Shown here piece after piece: positions 53,272 through 64,000 of a stretch of 64,000 bases of DNA. How positions within the stretch are numbered: the stretch's first letter is position 1; every line of letters begins with the position of its first letter. Source of the DNA: Rhizophagus irregularis. Its lineage: Eukaryota. The position numbers were made by a program, and so were the translations under genes. Location: assembly GCF_026210795.1 (NCBI RefSeq), contig NC_089429.1, positions 6,634,001 to 6,698,000 of the forward strand, in the 5' to 3' direction. The notes below the pieces were generated by a model, which saw only the letters and a list, made by a program, of their open reading frames with translations, ran no database searches and was not told the origin of the DNA.

Positions 53272-53878
53272 TTTATTGGGTAAACACAAAAAAATTAAAA
53301 TTTGAATTTTATATATTGCCTTATTGTAAATAACAAAAAAAAAAATTTTTTTGTTTATTGCAAATAAATTGCTACACAATTTTTATAGTTTTGTAAAACA
53401 TCTATCTACGCCATACTATTCTACTAACTTCTAAACTCTAAAGAGTGTAGAGTTTTCTGAAAAATAAAAGTCAAATAAATAAAAAAAATTCTAACTAAAA
53501 GAATATATATACCAAAAATACACTAACAATATAATCTATTATAACGCAATAAATAGTAAAGCAATATAATATATTATAATATAAAATAGCATAAATACAA
53601 TAAAAATAATAAAATAAAAATAGTTTCATTGGTGATTAGTAATTACTTAAAATAAAATGATCTACCAAAAAAATCATATGAAAAAATTAAAAAAATTATT
53701 GTCAGAAATAATTAAACCACCATCACCTGTACTACCACGTTTAATGTACTGTAATTTATATTGTATTCTTTAAGAAAATTTACCGGTTAATTCCGATTCC
53801 GATGTACATAAATAAATTACAATTTCGTTTTCATTTTCGTTGTTTTCGTTTTTTTTTTTTTTGAATTTTTGAATAAAA

Positions 53879-56800
53879 ATGTCCAAACTCGGCAAAGACA
53901 TTCTTTTCTTAATATTTGAAGAATTACAAATTAATTCAAAATCCTTGTTTTCATGTTTAATGGTTAATAGACTTTGGTGTGAAACAGCTGTTCCAATTTT
54001 ATGGAGGGACCCTTGGTCTTATAGCGGTATCGATTATGAAAATAAAAGTTATTTATTTATTATTATTACCAACTATTTTTTTGATGATATTAAAAAATTT
54101 ATAACAGAGGAAAGAATCCAATTGTCCTCGGTTTTATTTAAATCCACCCTGTTTGATTATTTATCCTTTTGCAGAAGTATCAACGCAAATACTATAGATA
54201 GTATAATTTCTATTGGATCAACTTTAACTTATAACCAATTTATTATGCAACAAGAATTTTATTACTTCTTTATGAAAAAATGTCCAAAGTTAAAATATTT
54301 GAATATGAAATCAATTAAGCATCAAATATTTTACTTTCCAGAAGCTAAGACTTGTCTTGAATCACTTCATGAATTAGAATTTGATACATCCATTAATGCT
54401 ACATACTTTTATGGATTATCACGTTTCTGTCAACGTATAACGAAACTCGTCATTATTAATGTGAACACAAAACTTAATCATGGGGTTGTTAAATTAATTG
54501 AAGTTCAGAAGAGCTTAAAGCATTTTGAGTGGAAAGATTGTTTCTATGATGAATATTTTGCGAAAGATGATGATCCATACGAACAAATTCTTCTTGTTCT
54601 GGAAAAGAAAGCAGGAAGTCTCAATTATCTAAGATTATCGTTCCAATATGTGGAAAATTATGAACACACATTATTGTTAGAGATACTTCCAAAATTTTAT
54701 AAACTCACTCAAGATATTAATAATTGATCACTATCTTCTAGAACAATAAGAGTGTAATAGATTAAAAACAGTTTCTAATATAATTAAAAATGTGGAGGGC
54801 GTCTCAAAAAAATTTTATTTGAACTTGGTGACGAGAACTTTAATGAACATTGCAGAAACTCGTGATTTGTTACTATGCGGTTAAGTGATCGCCATCAAAT
54901 TACGTCTCCAACACGTGACGACATGATTTCATAACATAACCGTGAAATTATCGATGACACGCTTTTTCGATGTCATTACATATTAAAAGAATGGTCTTGA
55001 ATAGATGATAAATATCATTGAAAATTAGTCGAAGAAATTAATCCAAGATATTTTCCGATGTATTAGATATTATTTAATGATGAATCTACCAATTTCTTAA
55101 GTTTTTTGTTTTTGTTTTTTTTATATTTTTTGAAAACGATTATATATAAATTTCATTGTAAAAAATTATAAAATTGTAAATAAAAAACGCTGTTTTAATA
55201 TTAATAAAAAATAGCTGTTATAAAAAAAAGTCATAATAAAATACAATAGAATTAATTATTGAAGAAAAAAGTGCCGTCATATAATAAAATAATTATATAT
55301 TATACTAAAATGCCTATTGTGAAGATTTTATTATATAATAAGTAATAGTTATTTCAACTGTGGATATGATTTTCATGGCTGCGCCATGAACATCATATTC
55401 CAGTGACTCTCGTATCATATATTTTGACTAATAATGATAGACTTTTTATTCCAATATTGATAAACTTTTTACCCATCTTTTTAAGTAAACACCGCCCGTG
55501 AGAATATCAAGAAAAAAAAATCACAAATTTTAACTAGAAACTGTGGGATAATTAGTAATAGTACTGTATAATTAAGATTAGTAAATATATGAAAATATAT
55601 TATATAGATTAAATAATAATGATGCAGTGAGAATTACTATGAGAATAAGAATGCATACATTACAAAAAAAAATAGTTTCTTAGTGGAAAACGGTGATATT
55701 ATAACAAAAGAAATGTATGAATGTTACGTGTATTAATATTGAGTTGTGTAATTGTAGGAAGGATAAAAGCATCAATGGTGTATACCGACCGATAGGGGAA
55801 GTAATAGAAAGAACTATGTCGATAAGAGGTATTAGCCAATAATTAATAATAATAGATTTGTAATGAAATAATAAAAGTACAAGTGCCGGAGTGGTATAAA
55901 ATGAAATAGTAATTTAGAAGTAATGACCTTATAATAATTTGGCCTATCTATATTTCGGCCAAAATTAAAACTATTCAACCTAAATTAGTAATGATCTTCC
56001 CCTTTCCCTTCCTTTCACTTCCCTTCGTCCCTTTACTTTCCCTTATTCTTTTCCCTCTTTTTCTTTTCTTCGTCCTTTTTCCTTTCCTTACTTTTTAGGG
56101 CTCCTCAGAATTCGACTATCCAATTCTGATATGTGATACGACTCACGAGATCGATAATCTACAGAAATCTTCTTCGTAGAACTTCTATAGCTCTGAAACT
56201 TGGTAAGTTTCGTGGTTTTCTTTTTGTAAGATACTTCGCTTCGAGTTTGAACTTAAAATTTTTTTTCTTTTTTGTGGGTATTTCCGCTTCAACTTGAATC
56301 TTCTTTTTGCAGGTACTTCTTAAAGTCTTATCCTGGCGGAAAGTACACATTTGCTTTGACTATTTTGATTCTAGTCTAAGACATTCGACCTAGACTCTGG
56401 AATTTGCTTCAGTTCGACTTTTGCTAGGGTTTCTTTTTTTTTTTAGGTCACTTCGTTCCTGAACTTTAGGAATTTTTCATTTTGTGGGTTTCTTTATTTC
56501 GAACTTTTACTTTGGGAGATTCTGACTTCAGATTTTTTTTGAAAGGTTGACTCGACTTTTAATTGACTTTGATTTCAGATTTGCTTTTTTGTAGGTATTT
56601 CAAATTTTCAATTTGATTTCAGCCTGGGATTTTCTCTTTGTAAGTACTTTAAGCTTCAACTTTAACCTCTCGTTTGGATTTTGATTTTCTTTTTGTAGGT
56701 TGATTCAAACTTTGACTTTGACTTCAGCTTTGAATTCAGATTGAGAATTTTTTCTTGTAGACTTATTTCAACTACGGCTTTATTTTAATTTTCTTTTTGT

Positions 56801-57915
56801 AGGTTGCTTTGTTTCAACTGCTGATGTTATTTTTGTAAGTTTTTAAAGATGGATTTGGGCTTTATTTTCTTTAGGTGTGGTGAATTTAGCGCTGACTGAC
56901 TTGAATTTTTTTATTTTAGACTTGGACTTTGGATTTTCTTTAGGTGTGGCGAATTTGAAACAATTGAACTTGTTTTTTAGAACAGACTTGAACTTAGTTT
57001 CGACTGGACCATTTTTCGGGAAGTATGAATTTGAGTAATTTTTATTTGAGAAACATTTCATTAATTTTTCTTTCTCTTGATGACATTTTTGCAGGTTCCG
57101 GTCAGATTTCTTCTTTTTGAAATATGAGAAGTATTTTATGATTGTTAGGGTTAATAAGCTTACTAGAATAGGAACATTACTATTACTTAATGACTTGTAA
57201 AATTTTACTATAACATTAATATAATTGTACTATTTATTTACTATCTACATAATGTAACTTTAATATACATTTAATACAATTTGACTATAACTTATTAAAT
57301 ATACATTTAATATAACTTGACTATAACTTTAACATAACTTTACGATTTTTACAAGACCCACCTTAATATGTACTATCAACTTTATACATACGATTAACTT
57401 AATCTTATCGTGATGATGTGAAACCATATCATGACCAAATCTTAGAGTTATAAGGTCTACAATAAATTTTCGACTTAGTCACGATATGGTTTCGATTATA
57501 AAAAGTTCTGCAATGAAAGTTCTCTCAATTTTATTCGTAAAGTTTATGAAAATTGTCCTTCAATAGAATATTTGTCAATTTTAATTTCACCAACAAAGGA
57601 GAATTTCACTGAACTCGAAAATTACTAAAAAGATGTCAATTTTAAAGTCATTATTAATATTTATATTCAATAGCTATAAGGATACTTACGAAGACCATTT
57701 AAAATATGAGGAAGAACTATTAAAAATATTAATTAGATCGGCACCGACTAATTTTAAAGAAATTATATGTGATGGTGAATTCAAATTTTCTTTAAAAATT
57801 GGAGAGGTAGACGTGCACTTTCTCTATTTACTGTAATTGATCCTATTTGCAGAGGAGAGAATTATACAGAATTAATCAATGAATATAAAAGTAATGGGTA
57901 GTAAAGATTTTAGTT
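53879..57915 (+). pseudogene. F-box/LRR gene, frameshifted after ~codon 276 and split by a 2.67-kb insertion
   Basis: 282-aa ORF with F-box-like start (MSKLGKDILFLIFEELQ...SLFSCLMVNRLWCETAVPILWRDPW). Homology continues through frameshifts (LKILIIDHY...GGRLKKILFELGDENFNE) to 54847 and resumes at 57518 (SSLNFIRKVYENCPSIEYLSIL...GENYTELINEYKSNG) with more frameshifts. Confidence 0.85.
54848..57515. mobile_element. Non-autonomous TIR element, CATTG...CAATG ends, 2-bp TSD (CACTA/CMC-like)
   Basis: Left CATTGCAGAAACT, right AGTTCTGCAATG, AA on both sides; removal with one AA restores F-N-E-S-S-L-N-F. Subterminal inverted pair GAAACCATATCATGAC (57420) / GTCACGATATGGTTTC (57478). No transposase ORF. 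Confidence 0.75.
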
Positions 57916-58753
57916 AATTATCGTAATTAATGAGTTATAAGACAAAATGTTAAAATCAATTTAACAAGAATTCAAAGTATTATTTGTAAAAGTCTGCAGT
58001 ATAATAATACGATGTAGATATAAGAACTGATTAATAATAAATTATTTTCTAACATTTTTGAACTTTTTACATTTACATGACACTGGCTTGACGGTTTAAA
58101 TATTGTATATAAGATTTGTTTATAACGGAATGATATCTCTTTTTTTTAAAAAAAATAAAGTACTAAAGTAGTACGTAATGTTAAAAGAATCTCTTTTGCC
58201 TTGCTTACAGAATGAAATGAAGCAGATTACAAATTAGAAAATTAGAACCACGATCACGCTTAATTGGTCACGGACGTCTGCGTAAATCATGTTATCATCA
58301 CATACACATGATCGTAGTGCATTTTATTTATTTTGTGAAAATCAAAAAATTTTTTAAAGAAACAAAAACAAATAATTAATTTACTATCTTATCTATAGGT
58401 AAATCATTTTTTTCTAAAAACATCGTACGTACTGTACGTCATATTTATTTAATATCAGTTACTAAAATCTTAACACCCTTGAAACTTGTCCGACTCAATG
58501 TTTTCGCGTAGTATTAATTTGTGATCTTTAAATAATTGCATTTTTTGATCGTAATCATCGTTACTTGTTGAACTCTTGCAATTGAAAGTTGGGTCATTAA
58601 AAAAATATGTAATCTTGATTAGACTTAAAATTCACAGAAACATTTTATTCAATATTATTTAGAAATTGCAAGCATATAAATTAATTAAATATAAAACTTT
58701 CATAATAAGTATAAATGTATAATTCATAAGTCTATTTATAGAATAAAAAGTGA

Positions 58754-58898
58754 CATTGCAGAAACTTCAAGATCGTAGCGATGGCTTAATGCGCAGTAAC
58801 TGCATATATGTAATTTTACATAATGTGGTCATAGTGTGTATTTATAACGCAGTTACTGCGCATTAAGCCATCGCTACGATCTTGAAGTTTCTGTAAAG
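58754..58898. mobile_element. 145-bp fold-back MITE sharing the CATTGCAGAAACT terminus
   Basis: Perfect 45-bp inverted repeat (58759-58803 / 58849-58893); extending it to CATTG / TAAAG (2 mismatches) leaves GA on both sides. Confidence 0.85.
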
Positions 58899-59198
58899 GA
58901 TTTAATTAATAAAAAATGTGTTTAGTACTATGGAGGACTCTATTGTGTGACACAGATAACACGCATCAGTTATCAACTAACGCTAATGCAAATCGAAATA
59001 TTTTTAAAACTAACATTGCGTTAATTTGTTTGCATCACATTAAACATATTTCAAATGAAATACTAGTAGTTCCTCTCTTGCAACTAAAAAAATACTTGGA
59101 AAAAAAGTAATGTCTGACTAAATTCTAAATAATAATAACATCCCCTTTACGTTAATGTTAAAATGGTACTATATCACATGATTATTAATATAAATGTC

Positions 59199-59467
59199 AA
59201 CGACCCTAGCAACGCCACCGAAAAGTGGGATAATCATTTAAAAGTTATTGAACAAATACCATAAATGTGTTTTGGCTTATTATTTTAAATGAGTTTATAA
59301 AAAAAAGTTATAGTGAAGAGAAAGTAGAAATTGGGAATCGATTTTTTATCTAATCTGTCATAATTGATTAAAATGAGACTACTATCCGAAATCACATGTA
59401 ACCGGCATGTATAAATCCGGCTACCACTTTTCAGGTGGCGATGTCAGGTGGCGATGCTAGGATCGTT
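59199..59467. mobile_element. TIR-bounded MITE-like element (~270 bp), family unassigned
   Basis: AACGACCCTAGCAACGCCACC-GAAAAGTGG versus CCACTTTTCAGGTGGCGATG...CTAGGATCGTT; the right ~80 bp also occur at ~24410-24485. No TSD found. Confidence 0.65.
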
Positions 59468-60518
59468 TAGTTCATGTTTTAACCAATTTTATGAACACAG
59501 GAAGTTACGTATATATTATTAATGATATTCTTTTTTCAAGCAATGCTTATCCATTCACTTAAAACAATATAATAAAATGATAATCCCTATAAGAAATATT
59601 GTGATATAGCATTCATTAAATTGTATTTTTTGTAATTTGGTACAAGTATTTCAGTTTCAAAATTTTATACTTCACTTAATAATAAGCCATAGTGATATTT
59701 TATAACTGAAAGTAAATATAAATTCTTCTATAAATCAGTCCTGATCCTCTGATTTAGAAATGCAAAGATGGGCTTATTATTATCATGGGCTGTGTTTATC
59801 ATACAAGTTTTGCAAACAAATATAAAAAGAAAATGTGGCCTTCTCTGATGCTAATGTGGCTTTTAATGTGACTTTGCAATTTATTATGACATAGCCCTCT
59901 GTAATTTTACACATAAATACAACTTGTTGTGCTGTTAGCCTTATAAATATTATATATAACAGGTGATGCTAAATACTAGGAAATGGAAAAATATTACAAA
60001 GTCCAAAATGCATGATTTTTATTAATGATTATTATGCATTTTACATATTATTATAAAGGATAAACAACACCATGCCAAGTTGAATAAAAAATATCAAAGA
60101 TTATTTTCTAAGAATCATACTGCCAAAATCACTTGTGATAATAAATTAAAAGAGTCTACAGTATTTAGACAGATGCAATGAAAGTTAGAACAGCATGCTT
60201 TTGAATATTTATTAAGTCCACTTCTTCAAAAAAAAAATGGTATCTACTCTGCACTTATCTACTATACTTGCAGACATGTCAGAAGCACAAAATATTTGTT
60301 GTATATATAAATCAAGCATATACTAATTAGCTTAACATATTGGCATGCTGACAAAAAGGGTTCATAAAGTTTATTGGAATGATAGCAAATCTATTTCTAA
60401 AATTCTCCTCATATTCATGGACGGGCAACAATATGCATCTAATGAAATTACATTTATTTTGATATTATCAAAAAGTATAAAAAGGGTATCCAAAAATATC
60501 TAAATAATATTATGGATG

Positions 60519-60595
60519 CAGTGTTGGCATTTGGCCGCGGCCAAGATTTTTTTGGCCATTTTGGCCGCGGCCAAACGGCCAATGTGTCAACACTG
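60519..60595. mobile_element. 77-bp micro-MITE with 7-bp TSD
   Basis: TIR CAGTGTTGGCA / TGTCAACACTG (1 mismatch); ATGGATG on both sides (60512-18, 60596-602); interior of TTGGCCGCGGCCAA palindromes. Confidence 0.85.
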
Positions 60596-63500
60596 ATGGA
60601 TGAATGATCATATTATATAACTACTTTTTACCTATTGCATAAAGTATATATAGTAAAAGGAAAATTATTTTAAGCTTAAGCAAAATAATTCAATAAGCTG
60701 TATTACCTAAAATTTATTATGCTATCATGCTATCAAGATTTATTATTAAGTTAAAAAATATATATAATTAGATTATAGATGACAAATAATTTAGGATAAG
60801 GCTAAAAATTACATTATTTAATTTTCAAGGTTTTAAGATTCCTCCTACATTTAAATTGGAAATATATATGATATTACCCGAGAAAGCTCTTGACTTCCAT
60901 AGATTTAGATGACCCAATAACGTCTGGAATTTTATACATTTCTGAAGGTGTGGATGATGTGATGATCAGTAGAAACAAGGCAAATCCTCGCAGATGTTGA
61001 ATTAAGCGAGCCAGAATTTTCAAAGGATGTGAATACATTCAGTTATCATATTTTTAGGATTAGTGAGACTACTAAATGTGTATATAGTAGCTTGATAATC
61101 AGTAAAGATTGTAATCTCTGAGTTTAAAATTGATAAGATTAAAATTTCTGCTTTAGTGAAACTCGCTCATGTTCAAGTGATATAGGATATACTTATACTT
61201 CTTAATTCAGATGGCAACCATCCAAAAAAATGACAAAATTATATTATATAATTTTATTTACCAAATTCTGACTTGCTTAAACTTAATTTAGCAAAATTTG
61301 TGATTGGCTTAATAAAATGTAACAAAAAAGTTGGCAATCTTTTTTATATTAATGAATTAAATGATCTGTTATTTTGAAAATTATTTAAAGACATTTATTT
61401 CAATACAATTATTTAGTATTATTTTTATGATATATATAGTTTTAATGGTTGGATTTTTCTATTTTATCATCCTTCTTTCATTCTTTTAAATTAGATAATA
61501 TACATTATAATAATGATGATAAAATAGTAAGTATACTTGTTGAATACAACAATCAAATTCACCATTTCCTAATATTATTTGGCAAAATAATACACATATT
61601 ATATAATATTTAACAATTGGCAATTTACAAACTCACAGGATTAGTATTTCTAAATATTTTAATATATAATTTAAAATAATGAAAATAGAAAAATGGTATG
61701 AATTTTTCATGGGAACAATGGTGATCAGTACCACCAAAGTAAAATCAGCTAAATTATTGACATATAAGCTAATAGTCAAGAATTTTACTACATTCAAAAA
61801 ACATCTAAAACTTTATGGTTATATAAAGTAAAGAGACAAATAATGAATATATGCCCGAATGTTAATGAGGAAGAAATTGCATTTGGGATTAACATTTCAC
61901 ACCACAGTTTATTAACTAATAAACAAGAAAATACAGTAGATATTTAATATATCAATCTTGAAATATGCAACAAAGAATTTCACTATATAATTTTGATATT
62001 GACTAAAAAGAATATAAGCAACACTGGGCATTTTTTTGAAAAAAATTGAATAATAACTTTAAGTAAATAAATGTCCAAGAAAAATAATTGACTGCCATTA
62101 TCCCTTGTATTTAGTCATTTGGCATAGTTAATAATGCTTTATTAATTATTATAGGATAATAATACACCTCTCAGAGTTCTTTATTCTTTGAATTCTAATA
62201 TTCTAATATTACTAAATTAAGATCCTTATTTGTATCACAGATTGATGTATTATTATTACAAAATGTGCTGAATATTAGAACACAATGGAAAATTATTTAT
62301 ACAGGGTATTCTAAACAATCTTAGTTACCTTTCAATTCATTATGTCAGATTATAATAGTTGTATTTAATGTAGCTCAACTATATTACAAAATTTAGGTTG
62401 AATAATGTAATTATATTTTCAAAGAATTTTAAATGGAAGAGAACTATATTTTTCAAAATTTATGATAATTATCTTTACATGAATTCCTAATAATGAAAAA
62501 TTGTAAAAATCAGCTCAAATGTTTGGACTTCTATAGGAGTGTTACTGAATCACCTTATTAATTTATAAAATGAAAATTTTATTTATTCCCCTAATTACAT
62601 TTAAAAATTTATTATTTCTATACCTGTTTTAGAGTTCTTCATTCTTAAAACTCTAATGAATAAGAAGTAAGATTTTTACTATCAAACTGCATATCATCCT
62701 AAATGTAGTATAAGAATATATACATCAATTGCAAAAATTAAATAATTGTCTATTCTTGTAATTTTTCTTATTGTTGTCAATTTATATTATATTCAAAAAA
62801 CAAAAAAATTACATTATAACAACTGAATAATAATCATTCAAGAAAAACTAAAAGTTTAGAAAATTCATGATTTTTAAAATTTTTCATATTGAAAATTTTT
62901 TTATAACCCTTAAAAATTTGATTATTATTCACAATTTTAGTAAATAATATTATTAGTAAAATTCTATATAGTACTTATCAATAATGATATATAGTTAATT
63001 TTATGTTCAAATAATTTATTCAAATTGAAAAATCAAGAATTAATGAAAAAATAAAAAAAATCCATAATGCGTTTTTATTTACTTATTATTTTTACAATTA
63101 CTAATATTTGCTGATAGGATTATTATATTTACTAGGGTTTATATATATTAAAAAGTTCAATGAATGGTAATAGCAAGTAAAACATTTCCTATTTTTTTCT
63201 ATGAAAATTTCAGTAAATAAACAAGTAATTTATATTGAATTTTAAATTTATAGTTTTTCTAATTTAATAAGTAATGGCTAATAGTAGAAAATGTTACTAA
63301 AATTGCTACATTGCAGACAAAATGTTTTTTTTGTACTAAAATACCTCTAATCTAATATTATTTTTTTTTAAAAAAAAACTACCCATTTATAACAATCAGA
63401 TAAAAATAGATTTCTGATTCTTATTCACTAGTATTCCTTCTAGTTACATCTAAATATTTTTAATGATCCTTTACAAACTTTGTATAATTCATTTTAGCCA

Positions 63501-64000
63501 GACTGTTTAAGACTACTTTGCAATACATAATATACAAACCATATTAAAATACTCATTATTGGTCTTGTATGGACATTGTACAATAGTTAGTATAAAATTT
63601 ATCATATAATTTATCAACATATACAATTTAATAACAAATAATTAAATTTATTGTAAAATTTATTTAAAAATATTAAACTATTCTAAAATACTAAACTATT
63701 TTAAAAATAAAAGAAAAATGTCAAATGAAACATTTCTAATAAATAAATAAAATCACTCCCTTCTATTCAACCTACCTTTAAGTTGAAAAAATCAATGTTT
63801 TCTTTATCACTCATTCCCTTATTCAATATACCTTTAAGCCAATTCAATATCAAAGAGTAAATCCTACAAAATAAAGAAATTAGTTAAGTTTCTATAAGAA
63901 TTTCCGAGAAGTCAAAGTGGAAGACCTATATAATATAAAATCCAAACATTCAAGTCCGAAGTAGTTTCAATTGAGTCCTACAAAAATTACAGTCTAATCC

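Overview
Very AT-rich eukaryotic nuclear DNA. The gene families (expanded F-box/LRR and BTB-BACK-TLDc proteins, TKL-kinase and HMG-box relics, RNase H-bearing LINE relics) point to an arbuscular mycorrhizal fungus (Glomeromycotina, Rhizophagus-like); this is inferred from family content, not from a marker gene. Only two CDSs look intact, both F-box/LRR-type (one runs off the left edge). Two further genes are disrupted by DNA-transposon insertions whose ends and target-site duplications (TSDs) can be read exactly: a BTB-BACK-TLDc gene split by an hAT MITE, and an F-box gene split by a 2.67-kb CATTG...CAATG element with a 2-bp TSD. The rest is mostly transposon debris: about a dozen MITEs (hAT, Tc1/pogo, Harbinger-like, a 7-bp-TSD type, a 2-bp-TSD type), LINE, pogo and hAT transposase relics, a PP2C pseudogene, a mitochondrial-type SSU rRNA fragment, tandem duplications that differ by micro-inversions, and a minisatellite built from a kinase exon. 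The most unusual signal is a class of apparently non-coding, many-micro-exon cassettes inside mobile elements. The clearest one (about 19.4-21.1 kb) has introns whose branch-point motif sits in the loop of a stem, and Helitron-like ends.
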